Assembly: GCA_027251445.1 (NCBI GenBank)
Contig: JAPNQO010000058.1
Coordinates: forward strand, 1-26,036
DNA: 26,036 bases
Source: Fidelibacterota bacterium
GTDB taxonomy: Bacteria; Fidelibacterota; Marinisomatia; Marinisomatales; TCS55
Reading direction: 5' to 3'
Shown here: positions 9,950 to 19,423 of the stretch, one piece after another
How positions within the stretch are numbered: the stretch's first letter is position 1
How the letters are laid out: every line of letters starts with the position of its first letter
Notes under the pieces: generated by a model
Told to the model about the DNA's origin: nothing
The model's database searches: none
What the model saw: the letters and a program-made list of their open reading frames with translations, nothing else
Made by a program: the position numbers and the translations under genes

Positions 9950-10561
9950 TTGTTAGAACATTATATAAGTTTAGCAACGAAAGCAATCTTCATAGAGAAT
10001 ATTCTGTTAGCATATTTTCTTGGTATGTGCTCATTTTTAGCAATTTCTAAGCGAGTAGATACCAGTATTGGACTTGGATTTGCTGTAACGGTTGTATTGA
10101 CAATAACTGCTCCTGCAAATTGGGCAATTCATCACTACTTTTTACAAGAAGGTGCCCTTGCTTGGGCAGGTTTGCCTCAAGTAAATCTCAGTTATTTAAA
10201 TTTTATTGTATTTATTGCTGTCATCGCTGCGATGGTACAGCTTGTAGAAATGATTTTAGATAGATTTTCAGAAAAGTTATATCATAATTTGGGAATATTT
10301 CTTCCGCTAATTGCCGTTAATTGCTCTATCTTAGGGGGGTCATTATTTTTAGTGGAAAGAGAGTACACATTTATAGAATCAACAGTTTTTGGATTTGGTT
10401 CAGGCCTAGGGTTCTTTTTAGCGATTGCATCAATGTCTTCTATAAGGTATAAACTTCGCTATTCAAATGTTCCATCAAAATTAAAAGGCCTAGGTATAAC
10501 TATGTTATTAACTGGTTTATTATCAATGGCATTCATGGCCTTTTCTGGAATTGATTTATAA
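9950..10561 (+). CDS. nqrE: Na+-NQR subunit E
   Basis: 203 aa, TTG start. Motifs FLGMCSFLAISK, VQLVEMILD and LGIFLPLIAVNCSILGG. Confidence 0.95.
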   Translation: MLEHYISLATKAIFIENILLAYFLGMCSFLAISKRVDTSIGLGFAVTVVLTITAPANWAIHHYFLQEGALAWAGLPQVNLSYLNFIVFIAVIAAMVQLVEMILDRFSEKLYHNLGIFLPLIAVNCSILGGSLFLVEREYTFIESTVFGFGSGLGFFLAIASMSSIRYKLRYSNVPSKLKGLGITMLLTGLLSMAFMAFSGIDL

Positions 10562-11793
10562 TGATTGAAACTACTATTTCTGGAATTGTTGTTTTTAGTG
10601 GGGTTATAACAATATTAGTTGTGATATTAAATTTTGCTCAATCAAAATTATTACCACAAGATGAGGTAGCCCTAGTAATAAATGATAAAACAGATGAAGC
10701 TATTAATATTAAGCCTGGGTCTACTTTATTATCTGCATTATCAGGACAAAAAATCTTCTTACCTTCGGCTTGTGGAGGAGGTGGTACCTGCGCGTTGTGT
10801 AAGTGTCAAGTTTTAGATGGAGGTGGAGATATTCTTCCTACGGAGACAGGGCATATCAATAGACAAGAGGCGAAAGATAATTGGCGTCTTTCCTGCCAAG
10901 TAAAAATTAAACAAGATATGAAAATCCGTGTCCCTGATGAAATTTTCAATATACAAAAATGGGATTGTACGGTAAGATCAAACGAAAATGTTGCTACATT
11001 CATAAAAGAGTTAATTCTAGAACTGCCAGAAGGAGAAAATCTCAACTTTACTGCAGGAGGATATATACAAATTGATATTCCTGAATACCACAATTTAACC
11101 TATGCAGATTTCGCAGTTGAAAATCAATATCATCCTGATTGGGATAAATTTAATATTTGGGATTTAGTTGCCAATAATGATGAGGAATGCTTTCGAGCGT
11201 ATTCCATGGCAAACCACCCCGCTGAAGGAAACAAAGTTATGTTAAATGTACGTATTGCAACCCCTCCGCCTCCGCTTTGGGATACAGCGCCTCCTGGTAT
11301 TGCATCGTCGTATATATTTAACCTTAAAGAAGGTGATAAAGTAACCATTTCAGGTCCTTATGGTGATTTTTTTGTGAAGAATACAGATAGAGAAATGATT
11401 TATATTGGAGGCGGCGCTGGTATGGCACCAATGCGTAGTCATTTATTTGATTTATTTCATACTCAAAAGACAAATAGAAAAGTTTCATTTTGGTATGGAG
11501 CTAGATCTTTAAGAGAAATGTTTTATGAAAAAGACTTTGATGAAATTGTTGAAAAATTTCCAAACTTTTCTTTTCATGTTGCAATGTCTGAACCTTTACC
11601 AGAAGATAATTGGAATGGTCCAACTGGTTTTATTCATCAAGTGCTTCTAGATAATTATCTTAATGAACATGATGACCCTACTGAGGTAGAATATTATCTC
11701 TGTGGTCCTCCACCAATGATTGATGCGTGCCAAAAAATGCTTTATGAATTAGGCGTTGAACCTGAAATGATTGCTTATGATAGTTTTGGATAA
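10561..11793 (+). CDS. nqrF: Na+-NQR subunit F (NADH/FAD/[2Fe-2S])
   Basis: 410 aa with N-terminal TM. [2Fe-2S] motifs SACGGGGTCALCKC and RLSCQ, FAD motif RAYSMAN, NADH motifs GGGAGMAPMRSH and YLCGPPPM, C-terminal DSFG. Confidence 0.97.
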   Translation: MIETTISGIVVFSGVITILVVILNFAQSKLLPQDEVALVINDKTDEAINIKPGSTLLSALSGQKIFLPSACGGGGTCALCKCQVLDGGGDILPTETGHINRQEAKDNWRLSCQVKIKQDMKIRVPDEIFNIQKWDCTVRSNENVATFIKELILELPEGENLNFTAGGYIQIDIPEYHNLTYADFAVENQYHPDWDKFNIWDLVANNDEECFRAYSMANHPAEGNKVMLNVRIATPPPPLWDTAPPGIASSYIFNLKEGDKVTISGPYGDFFVKNTDREMIYIGGGAGMAPMRSHLFDLFHTQKTNRKVSFWYGARSLREMFYEKDFDEIVEKFPNFSFHVAMSEPLPEDNWNGPTGFIHQVLLDNYLNEHDDPTEVEYYLCGPPPMIDACQKMLYELGVEPEMIAYDSFG

Positions 11794-11802
11794 TAACTCA
11801 GA

Positions 11803-11985
11803 TTAAATTGGATTAGTATCTGATAGTTCTCCTTCACATTTATTAACATCTCCCCCGCAAACCGAACAAGATCCATCAGGATTTCCTCCACAAGAGCCAC
11901 TTAATGGTTTATTATTAAAAATTATACCTACTGACATTAGAAGAATAGCCAGTAGGAGAATGATTATTCCAATAATTATATCCAT
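11803..11985 (-). CDS. nqrM: Na+-NQR maturation factor NqrM (DUF539-like)
   Basis: 60 aa. A single TM ending MSVGIIF is followed by KPLSGSCGG..CSVC..C (4 Cys), the NqrM pattern. Adjacent to nqrF. Confidence 0.85.
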   Translation of the reverse strand: MDIIIGIIILLLAILLMSVGIIFNNKPLSGSCGGNPDGSCSVCGGDVNKCEGELSDTNPI

Positions 11986-12111
11986 TTGTAAATTTAATCT
12001 AAATAAATCAATTCTTTGATCATGATTTAGTTTATTGAATATTTATTATGAATTAATTATGAATACACTAATTTTAGAACTTACTTTTTAAGAAAAATAA
12101 TTAATTAAGAA
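11986..12111. promoter_or_regulatory. Divergent promoter region between nqrM and the antiporter gene
   Basis: Longest intergenic stretch in the window (126 bp), very AT-rich, between divergently oriented genes. Contains an inverted repeat TAAATCA-N12-TGATTTA (12004-12029). Exact -10/-35 elements cannot be assigned. Confidence 0.55.
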
Positions 12112-13548
12112 ATGAAATATTTAAAAAATATTAGTTTACTTTTATTATTATCAAGCTTTTCATTCGCAGCAAGTGGAGGTGGAGATAGTCATGCCCCGCA
12201 TCTTGATGGATCATTATTATCTATTTATTGGGTGATACCTTTTGCAGGTATTCTTCTATCTATTGCCATCTTTCCACTTGTAGCACCACACTTCTGGCAC
12301 AAAAATTTTGGTAAAGTTTCTTTATTTTGGGCTATAATTTTACTTATTCCGTTATTACTCAACCAACATATTGGTTTTTCAATTACCCTCTATGAGGTTT
12401 TGCATGTTGGTCTACTTGAATATATTCCATTTATAATACTATTATTAGCATTGTTTACAATTTCTGGAGGTGTGAGTCTTAAAGGTAGTCTTGTTGGTAA
12501 GCCTATTGTCAATGTATTAATTATTCTAATAGGCACCTTGCTTGCTAGTTGGATGGGAACTACTGGTGCAGCAATGTTATTAATTCGACCTCTTATTCGT
12601 GCAAACAAAAATCGTAAGTATAAAGTGCATACAGTTGTGTTCTTCATATTCTTAGTTGCTAATATTGGAGGTTCCTTAACTCCTTTGGGTGACCCACCTT
12701 TATTTCTAGGATTTTTGAAAGGTGTTTCTTTCTTCTGGACAACGTCAGCTATGTTTTTACCAATGTTAATGGTAGTATGCTATCTAATTATTGTTTATTT
12801 CCTTATGGATAGCTATTTGTATAAAAAAGAAGATATTTCCACTATTGAAAATATAGATGACTCAAATAAGGAAAAACTTTCATTAGAAGGATCATTCAAT
12901 TTATTATTACTTGTTGGTGTAATAGCAGCTGTTTTATTAAGTGGTTTTTGGAGACCGAATATTTATTTTTCAATTTTTCATGTTCATGTAGAATTGCAAA
13001 ACTTAACTCGAGACATTTTACTTCTCATGTTATCATATATAAGTTGGATACGTACATCACAAAGCATAAGAGAGGCAAATGAGTATACGTGGTTCCCAAT
13101 TATAGAGGTTGCAAAACTATTTGCTGGAATATTTACTACAATTATTCCTGCAATAGCAATATTGAAGGCTGGTGATAAAGGTGCTCTATCGGCCGTCATT
13201 CAATCTGTATCTAATGAATCTGGGCCTGTAAATTTCATGTATTTTTGGTTAACTGGAATTTTATCTAGTTTCTTAGATAATGCTCCAACTTATCTCGTAT
13301 TTTTTAATACTGCAGGTGGAGATCCTGCCCATCTTATGACAGATTACTATACTACACTTTTAGCTATTTCTGCGGGCGCTGTATTTATGGGTGCAAATAC
13401 ATATATAGGAAATGCTCCTAATTTTATGGTTAAATCCATATCTGAATCTTCAGGTATTGAGATGCCTAGCTTCTTTGGATATTTGATTAAATATTCTATA
13501 CCCATTTTGTTTCCTATTTTCTTTATTGTAAGTATAGTCTTTTTCTAG
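12112..13548 (+). CDS. IT-superfamily (ArsB/NhaD/CitMHS-like) transporter, putative Na+/H+ antiporter
   Basis: 478 aa polytopic membrane protein. Paired helical-hairpin motifs ANIGGSLTPLGDPPLFLG and GANTYIGNAPNFMVK, plus LSSFLDNAPTY. Signal-peptide-like N-terminus. Substrate is not determinable from sequence. Confidence 0.75.
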   Translation: MKYLKNISLLLLLSSFSFAASGGGDSHAPHLDGSLLSIYWVIPFAGILLSIAIFPLVAPHFWHKNFGKVSLFWAIILLIPLLLNQHIGFSITLYEVLHVGLLEYIPFIILLLALFTISGGVSLKGSLVGKPIVNVLIILIGTLLASWMGTTGAAMLLIRPLIRANKNRKYKVHTVVFFIFLVANIGGSLTPLGDPPLFLGFLKGVSFFWTTSAMFLPMLMVVCYLIIVYFLMDSYLYKKEDISTIENIDDSNKEKLSLEGSFNLLLLVGVIAAVLLSGFWRPNIYFSIFHVHVELQNLTRDILLLMLSYISWIRTSQSIREANEYTWFPIIEVAKLFAGIFTTIIPAIAILKAGDKGALSAVIQSVSNESGPVNFMYFWLTGILSSFLDNAPTYLVFFNTAGGDPAHLMTDYYTTLLAISAGAVFMGANTYIGNAPNFMVKSISESSGIEMPSFFGYLIKYSIPILFPIFFIVSIVFF

Positions 13549-14087
13549 TGCGTATTACTAAAGTTACCACAAAAACAGGCGATAAGGGTAAGACGGCACT
13601 TGCTGATGGCTCGAGAGTTAATAAAAATAGTTTACGTGTCCATTGTTTAGGTTCTATTGATGAATTAAATACTTTTATTGGTTTTGCTGCTGCTATATTA
13701 CCTGAAAAACCTGAGATTGATTTAAAATCTATTCAAAATGACTTACTAAATATTGGTGCAGAAATTTCTATTCCAAACTCTGATAAAAAATTCATTAATC
13801 AAGATCGAATTATTTACCTTGAAAAAGAAATTGAATTAATAAATAATGAGTTACCTCCATTAAAAGAATTTATTTTGCCAGGAGGTAATGATTTATGTTC
13901 AAGAATACATATGGCAAGATCAATTTGTCGAAGGTCAGAGCGTGATCTTGTTACATTAAATAATAGAGAACCAATTTCACCTGATATTCTTCAATATATA
14001 AATAGATTATCAGATTATTTATTTGTTCTAGCTAGATTACTATCTAGAAGTGGCGATGGAGATGAAATTCAGTGGAAAAGAAGTTAG
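13548..14087 (+). CDS. ATP:cob(I)alamin adenosyltransferase, PduO/MMAB type
   Basis: 179 aa, GTG start overlapping the upstream TAG. Motifs TKTGDKGKT, GSIDELN, LKEFILPGG, RSICRRSER and YINRLSDYLFVLAR. Confidence 0.93.
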   Translation: MRITKVTTKTGDKGKTALADGSRVNKNSLRVHCLGSIDELNTFIGFAAAILPEKPEIDLKSIQNDLLNIGAEISIPNSDKKFINQDRIIYLEKEIELINNELPPLKEFILPGGNDLCSRIHMARSICRRSERDLVTLNNREPISPDILQYINRLSDYLFVLARLLSRSGDGDEIQWKRS

Positions 14088-14159
14088 TTACGTATATTAT
14101 TAATGGTTTATTAATTAATATGTAATAATTATAAATTCCAACCTTAATCGGAGATTAAG
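14088..14159 (+). promoter_or_regulatory. Probable internal promoter/leader for nrnA-ispH-pdxST-dxs, with a palindrome over the RBS
   Basis: 72-bp AT-rich gap. CTTAATC-GGA-GATTAAG (14143-14159) lies directly before the ATG and contains GGAG. Confidence 0.4.
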
Positions 14160-15167
14160 ATGATTGATTGGAAACATATTAATACATATATAAACGAAGC
14201 AGATTCAATTTTGCTTACAATGCATGAAAACCCAGATGGTGACGGTATTGGATGTGCCACGGCTATGTATCATTATTTGAAAGAAATTAAAAAGGATTGT
14301 CGAATACTTAATGTTTCTTTATTACCAGTTGAATATGATTTTCTAAATGAAGGTGATATTCTTGAGACGTATGATCCTGATCTCCACAATGTCTGGATTT
14401 CTACTGTAGATTTAGCAATAATTTTTGATGTGGGTGATTATAAAAGAATTCGGGAACTAAAAACACAAATCAAACATAATAATATCAAAACATTAAATAT
14501 TGATCATCATCCTCACCCAGAGGATCATCCATTTACCCATAATGTTGTTGATTTAAAAGCCGCTTCAACTGGTGATATGGTATATGATTATATTAAGACA
14601 GTTAGAAATGGAAAAATATCTAAACCAATGGCAGAAGGGATTTACACCGCTGTTATGACTGATACCGGGTGTTTCCGATATTCAAATACAAATACGCATT
14701 GCCACGATATTGCAATTGAATGTATTGAAGTAGGGGTGAATACAACGAATATTTATCAATTAATTTATGAATCAAGCTCCCATTCAAGAGTTTCTTTGTT
14801 GGGAAATATTTTACAAAATATTCATTATGAATTAGATGGTGAATTTGCATGGTTTATCATTGATCAAAATATGATGTCTATCGCTAAAGCATCAAAAGCA
14901 GATGTTGAAGGGTTTAGTGATTTCGTAAGAACTATAAAAGGCGTTGAAGTATCAATGATGATTATGGAAAATGAAGATCAAAGCTGTCGGTTAAATTTTC
15001 GCTCAACTGGAAAGTATATTATAAATGGTGTTGCTGTTGAGCTTGGTGGAGGAGGACATAAATTTGCTTCTGGTGCCGTTATAAATAACCCTTTGGATTA
15101 TGTAGTAAAAAATGCTGTAAAAAAGATGAAAAAATCTATATTAGAACAACGTACAGGTCTTGCGTGA
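14160..15167 (+). CDS. nrnA: DHH/DHHA1 phosphoesterase (bifunctional oligoribonuclease/pAp phosphatase NrnA-like)
   Basis: 335 aa. Motifs HENPDGDGIG, IFD, NIDHH, TDTGCFRY and the DHHA1 motif GGGGHKFASG. Confidence 0.88.
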   Translation: MIDWKHINTYINEADSILLTMHENPDGDGIGCATAMYHYLKEIKKDCRILNVSLLPVEYDFLNEGDILETYDPDLHNVWISTVDLAIIFDVGDYKRIRELKTQIKHNNIKTLNIDHHPHPEDHPFTHNVVDLKAASTGDMVYDYIKTVRNGKISKPMAEGIYTAVMTDTGCFRYSNTNTHCHDIAIECIEVGVNTTNIYQLIYESSSHSRVSLLGNILQNIHYELDGEFAWFIIDQNMMSIAKASKADVEGFSDFVRTIKGVEVSMMIMENEDQSCRLNFRSTGKYIINGVAVELGGGGHKFASGAVINNPLDYVVKNAVKKMKKSILEQRTGLA

Positions 15168-16027
15168 AAATATTATTAGCAAAAGACGCTGGTTACTGTT
15201 TTGGAGTAAGGGATGCTGTTGATCTTGCCTATGACACCGCAAAAAAGGAAGGCGAGGTCTTTATGCTTGGTGATATTGTTCATAATGAAAATGTCGTTCA
15301 AGAGCTCGAAGAAACAGGCGTTAGAGTGGTTAATAGTTTAGATCAAGTGCCAGATAATAAACCAATTTTATTTCGTGCTCATGGTACTGTGCCTGAAATA
15401 TGGAAAGAGTCAAAGAAAAGAGTAATGGAAGTTGTAGATGCAACATGTCCATTAGTCACAGAGATTCATGAAGAAGTAAGAAAATTAGATTCTGAGGATA
15501 GAAAAATTATAATTATTGGCGATCATGGACACGATGAAGTAAATGGTATAAAAGAACAGGTTAAAAATGCTATAGTTATTGCAAATCCTGAAGAAGCAAT
15601 GCAATTAAGAAAAATGAAAAGGGCAGGTGTTGTATCACAATCTACTCAAATGATTGAGAATGTACAGGAAATAATAAATATATTGATGACGAAGGTTTTT
15701 GACTTGAGATTTGTAAATACAATTTGTTTTCCAACAAGAAGAAATCATGAGCAGATAAAAAGCCTTTCAGAAATTTGTGATATAATGATTGTAATCGGAT
15801 CATTTACTAGTGCTAATTCTAAAAGACTAACTGAATTAGCTAAAATGAGAAATAAAAGAACATTCCAAGTTACATGTGCAGATGATTTAGAAACTGACTG
15901 GTTCCAAATATCTGATACTGTTGGAATATCTGCTGGTGCTTCAACTCCTGATAATATTATTAATGAAGTTTTAGGAGCTATTAAATCAATTGGAAAAGTA
16001 ACAGAGAAGGAGATGGTTTATGAGTAA
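15164..16027 (+). CDS. ispH: 4-hydroxy-3-methylbut-2-enyl diphosphate reductase
   Basis: 287 aa, GTG start. Three Fe-S Cys ([17 protein letters not shown]), plus IVHN, RAHG, HDEV, SANS and [10 protein letters not shown]. Confidence 0.95.
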   Translation: MKILLAKDAGYCFGVRDAVDLAYDTAKKEGEVFMLGDIVHNENVVQELEETGVRVVNSLDQVPDNKPILFRAHGTVPEIWKESKKRVMEVVDATCPLVTEIHEEVRKLDSEDRKIIIIGDHGHDEVNGIKEQVKNAIVIANPEEAMQLRKMKRAGVVSQSTQMIENVQEIINILMTKVFDLRFVNTICFPTRRNHEQIKSLSEICDIMIVIGSFTSANSKRLTELAKMRNKRTFQVTCADDLETDWFQISDTVGISAGASTPDNIINEVLGAIKSIGKVTEKEMVYE

Positions 16028-16901
16028 AGGATCTTTTGAAGTAAAAGTTGGCCTGTCTGAAATGTTAAAAGGCGGCGTAATTATGGATGTAACTGATGCT
16101 AAACAAGCAAAAATTGCAGAGGATGCAGGAGCAGTTGCTGTAATGGCGCTTGAACGAATTCCCGCTGATATTAGAGCTGATGGAGGTATTGCACGTATGA
16201 GTGATCCCTCAATGATAAAAGAGATACAGGATACAGTATCTATTCCAGTGATGGCAAAATGCCGTATTGGTCATTTTGCAGAAGCTCAGATATTAGAAGC
16301 GCTAGAAATAGATTTTATTGATGAAAGTGAAGTGTTAACACCTGCTGATGAAAAAAACCATATTTGGAAACATACTTTCAAAGTACCTTTTGTATGTGGA
16401 TGTCGAAACTTAGGAGAAGCGTTGAGGAGAATAGGTGAAGGAGCCGCATTAATTCGTACAAAAGGTGAAGCAGGAAGTGGAAATATTATTGAAGCGGTTA
16501 GACACATGCGTGAGGTTCAATCAAATATAAAAAAACTGACGAAAATGGATGATGAAGAATTAATGGCCGCATCTAAAGAGATGGGCGCTCCTTTTTCTCT
16601 TGTTCAGCAGGTTTCAAATCTGGGTAAATTACCAGTTCCAAACTTTGCTGCCGGGGGCATTGCAACACCAGCTGATGCTTCATTAATGATGCAGCTTGGT
16701 GCAGAAACAGTATTTGTTGGTTCAGGTATTTTCAAATCAGAAGATCCTGCTAGTAGGGCAACAGCTATTGTAGAAGCTGTAACCTATTATAAGGATCCTG
16801 ATAAACTACTCAATGTTTCAACTGGGTTAAAATCAGCAATGAAGGGTTTAGATATATCAGAAATTCCAGAGGATCAATTATTACAGGAGAGAGGGTGGTA
16901 A
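16020..16901 (+). CDS. pdxS: Pyridoxal 5'-phosphate synthase lyase subunit
   Basis: 293 aa. Motifs [40 protein letters not shown] and C-terminal QERGW. Confidence 0.97.
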   Translation: MSKGSFEVKVGLSEMLKGGVIMDVTDAKQAKIAEDAGAVAVMALERIPADIRADGGIARMSDPSMIKEIQDTVSIPVMAKCRIGHFAEAQILEALEIDFIDESEVLTPADEKNHIWKHTFKVPFVCGCRNLGEALRRIGEGAALIRTKGEAGSGNIIEAVRHMREVQSNIKKLTKMDDEELMAASKEMGAPFSLVQQVSNLGKLPVPNFAAGGIATPADASLMMQLGAETVFVGSGIFKSEDPASRATAIVEAVTYYKDPDKLLNVSTGLKSAMKGLDISEIPEDQLLQERGW

Positions 16902-17494
16902 AAAAAATAGGTATTTTGGCCCTTCAGGGTAATTTTCAGAAGCATAAGTTGCTTCTTAATAAATTAGGTCTTGAATCTAATTATGTACGATATGCATCAG
17001 ATTTAGATGATATAAATGGATTAATTATTCCTGGTGGAGAATCAACTACAATGACAAAACTCCTTAATCGTTCCAATCTCTACAGTCCAATTACAACATT
17101 TGCAAAAAAATATCCTGTATTAGGGACTTGTGCAGGTCTTATAATGATGTCTGATAATGCTATGGATGAACGTGTTAAAACTTTGAAATTATTAAATATA
17201 AACGTAGAACGTAATGCTTCAGGAAGACAGATTAATTCATCTGCTGAGAACATTTCAGTAGCATATCAAAATATCCAAAAGAAAATCAATGTTACATTTA
17301 TAAGAGCCCCTAAGATTTTAAGCCATGGAGATGAAGTAAATGTATTAGCTTATCATAAAGGAATTCCTTGTGCAGTTAAATCAGGTAAGCATATTGGCTT
17401 ATCATTTCATCCAGAGCTGAATGATGTCTCTATTTTTCATGAGATTGCGTTTAATAAATTAATAAATAAAATAGAAGGTTTACATGCAGCTTAA
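16895..17494 (+). CDS. pdxT: Pyridoxal 5'-phosphate synthase glutaminase subunit
   Basis: 199 aa, GTG start. Motifs [20 protein letters not shown] (catalytic Cys), FIRAP and FHPE (His/Glu). Confidence 0.95.
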   Translation: MVKKIGILALQGNFQKHKLLLNKLGLESNYVRYASDLDDINGLIIPGGESTTMTKLLNRSNLYSPITTFAKKYPVLGTCAGLIMMSDNAMDERVKTLKLLNINVERNASGRQINSSAENISVAYQNIQKKINVTFIRAPKILSHGDEVNVLAYHKGIPCAVKSGKHIGLSFHPELNDVSIFHEIAFNKLINKIEGLHAA

Positions 17495-19412
17495 ATATTT
17501 GAAAAATATTCAATCACCTGAAGATATTAGGGATTATTCAATAGATGAATTAAAAGAATTATGTGATGAGATCAGAGATTATACGATAGATACTGTAACT
17601 ACAGTGGGCGGACATCTGGCTCCAACTTTAGGAGCTATTGAACTTACCGTTGCTTTGCACCATGTTTTTAATACACCTAAAGATAAATTGATATGGGATG
17701 TTGGACATCAGGCTTATGCCCATAAAATTTTAACTGGTCGCCTTAAAAATATGAATACTATAAGACAATTTGGTGGTCTTAGTGGATTTTTAAAAAGGAC
17801 AGAAAGTGAGTATGATGTCTTTGGCGCAGGACATGCCTCTACCTCTATTTCAGCAGCTTTAGGTGTAGCTGCTGCTAGAGATCAAAAAAATAAAGATTTT
17901 AAAGTTGCAGCTGTAATTGGAGATGGGTCATTAACCGGTGGCTTAGCTTATGAAGGTTTAAATAACTCAGGAATTTTGAATACACAAATTCTTGTAGTGC
18001 TTAATGATAATGAGATGTCTATAAGTCCAAATGTTGGAGCAATGAGTAAGTATTTAACACGAATTACGACTAATCCATTATATAATAAGATCAGAAATGA
18101 AATATGGAATATTACAGATTCGCTTCCATGGGGAAAAAAATTATCAAAAAAAATTCTTCATAAGATTGATGAAAGCCTTAAAGCGCTTTTAGTTCCGGGA
18201 GTATTATTTGATGAGCTTGGTTTTAGATATTTCGGACCAATAGATGGTCATGATATTAACGAATTAGTAAAAGCATTAAATAATATTAAGAACATTAATC
18301 AACCAGTTCTTTTGCATATTATTACCAAAAAAGGGAAAGGGCTGGTCTCTACTCGAGAAGATAATGGTGAATATCATAGAGATGCTGTGAAGTTTCATGC
18401 TGTAAAACCTAATTCAACTAACGGTGAACTAAAAAAATCTAAGAAGAAAATAATACCTTCATTTCAGGATGTATTTGGATATTTGTCTTGTGAGGTTGCT
18501 AGAAATCGTGATGATACTATATGTATAACTGCAGCTATGAGGGAAGGAACTGGATTAGTCCCGTATGCAAAAGAATTTCCTAATAGATACTATGATGTTG
18601 GAATAGCTGAAGGACATGGCGTTACTTTTTCTGCAGGATTTGCAACTGAAGGATTAAGGCCTATAGTAGCTATATATTCAACATTTCTTCAACGAGCATT
18701 TGATCATATTGTACATGACGTGGCTATTCAACATTTACCTGTTATATTTTGCATGGATAGATCTGGTATTGCAGGTGAAGATGGGCCTACTCACCACGGA
18801 TCATTAGATATAGCATATCTACGATGTATTCAGGATATGATTGTTACTGCACCTAGAAATGGAAATGAGTTTCGTCATCTTCTTTATTCAGCGCTTAATC
18901 AGACAAAATCCCCTTTTTCAATTCGTTATCCGAAATCAAGTGCAGTTGAGTTTGATATTGATGGTCAAGCAGAGCTTTTACCCATTGGTAGCTGGGAGGT
19001 TTTACGTTCTGGTTCAGATATTACAGTATTATGTGTTGGTTCACTTTCTTACGATGTTGAAAGAGCTGCAGTGGCTTTACAAAAAGAAGATATATCGCTA
19101 GAAATAGTCAATTGCCGTTTCATTAAACCAATGGATGAGGATTATCTTAGATCAATAATTGAACGTTTTAAAATTGTAATTACTATTGAAGAAGGTGTGA
19201 TTACTGGAGGGTTTGGTGATGGTGTATCTTCTTGGTTATTAGAAAATGATTTTCAAGGTCAAATAAAGAGATTAGGTTTACCTGATAGTTTTATTCAACA
19301 TGGCAAGCGAGACGAATTATTAGATGAAATTGGTTTGGATGAAAATTCAATAATTAATACTATAAAATCATTATTTGTAAACACTTCAAATGATATACTT
19401 ATAGAATCATAA
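17484..19412 (+). CDS. dxs: 1-deoxy-D-xylulose-5-phosphate synthase
   Basis: 642 aa. Motifs [20 protein letters not shown], ThDP motif [24 protein letters not shown] and GEDGPTHHG. Confidence 0.97.
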   Translation: MQLKYLKNIQSPEDIRDYSIDELKELCDEIRDYTIDTVTTVGGHLAPTLGAIELTVALHHVFNTPKDKLIWDVGHQAYAHKILTGRLKNMNTIRQFGGLSGFLKRTESEYDVFGAGHASTSISAALGVAAARDQKNKDFKVAAVIGDGSLTGGLAYEGLNNSGILNTQILVVLNDNEMSISPNVGAMSKYLTRITTNPLYNKIRNEIWNITDSLPWGKKLSKKILHKIDESLKALLVPGVLFDELGFRYFGPIDGHDINELVKALNNIKNINQPVLLHIITKKGKGLVSTREDNGEYHRDAVKFHAVKPNSTNGELKKSKKKIIPSFQDVFGYLSCEVARNRDDTICITAAMREGTGLVPYAKEFPNRYYDVGIAEGHGVTFSAGFATEGLRPIVAIYSTFLQRAFDHIVHDVAIQHLPVIFCMDRSGIAGEDGPTHHGSLDIAYLRCIQDMIVTAPRNGNEFRHLLYSALNQTKSPFSIRYPKSSAVEFDIDGQAELLPIGSWEVLRSGSDITVLCVGSLSYDVERAAVALQKEDISLEIVNCRFIKPMDEDYLRSIIERFKIVITIEEGVITGGFGDGVSSWLLENDFQGQIKRLGLPDSFIQHGKRDELLDEIGLDENSIINTIKSLFVNTSNDILIES

Positions 19413-19423
19413 AAAATATAGTT

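Noticed and set aside
6087..11793. Rnf complex instead of NQR
   Set aside because: An FNR-like NqrF is present, the first subunit lacks the two ferredoxin-type 4Fe-4S motifs of RnfC, there is no RnfB, and the order is A-F with nqrM.
12016..12029. FNR/CRP-like box TTGAT-CATG-ATTTA
   Set aside because: Only 8/10 match to TTGAT-N4-ATCAA in extremely AT-rich DNA, so it is expected by chance. No regulator evidence in the window.
11986..19423. Cobalamin or TPP riboswitch near the adenosyltransferase, dxs or mutase
   Set aside because: The spacers are too short or too AT-rich (126, 72 and 11 bp) and lack the conserved riboswitch core sequences.
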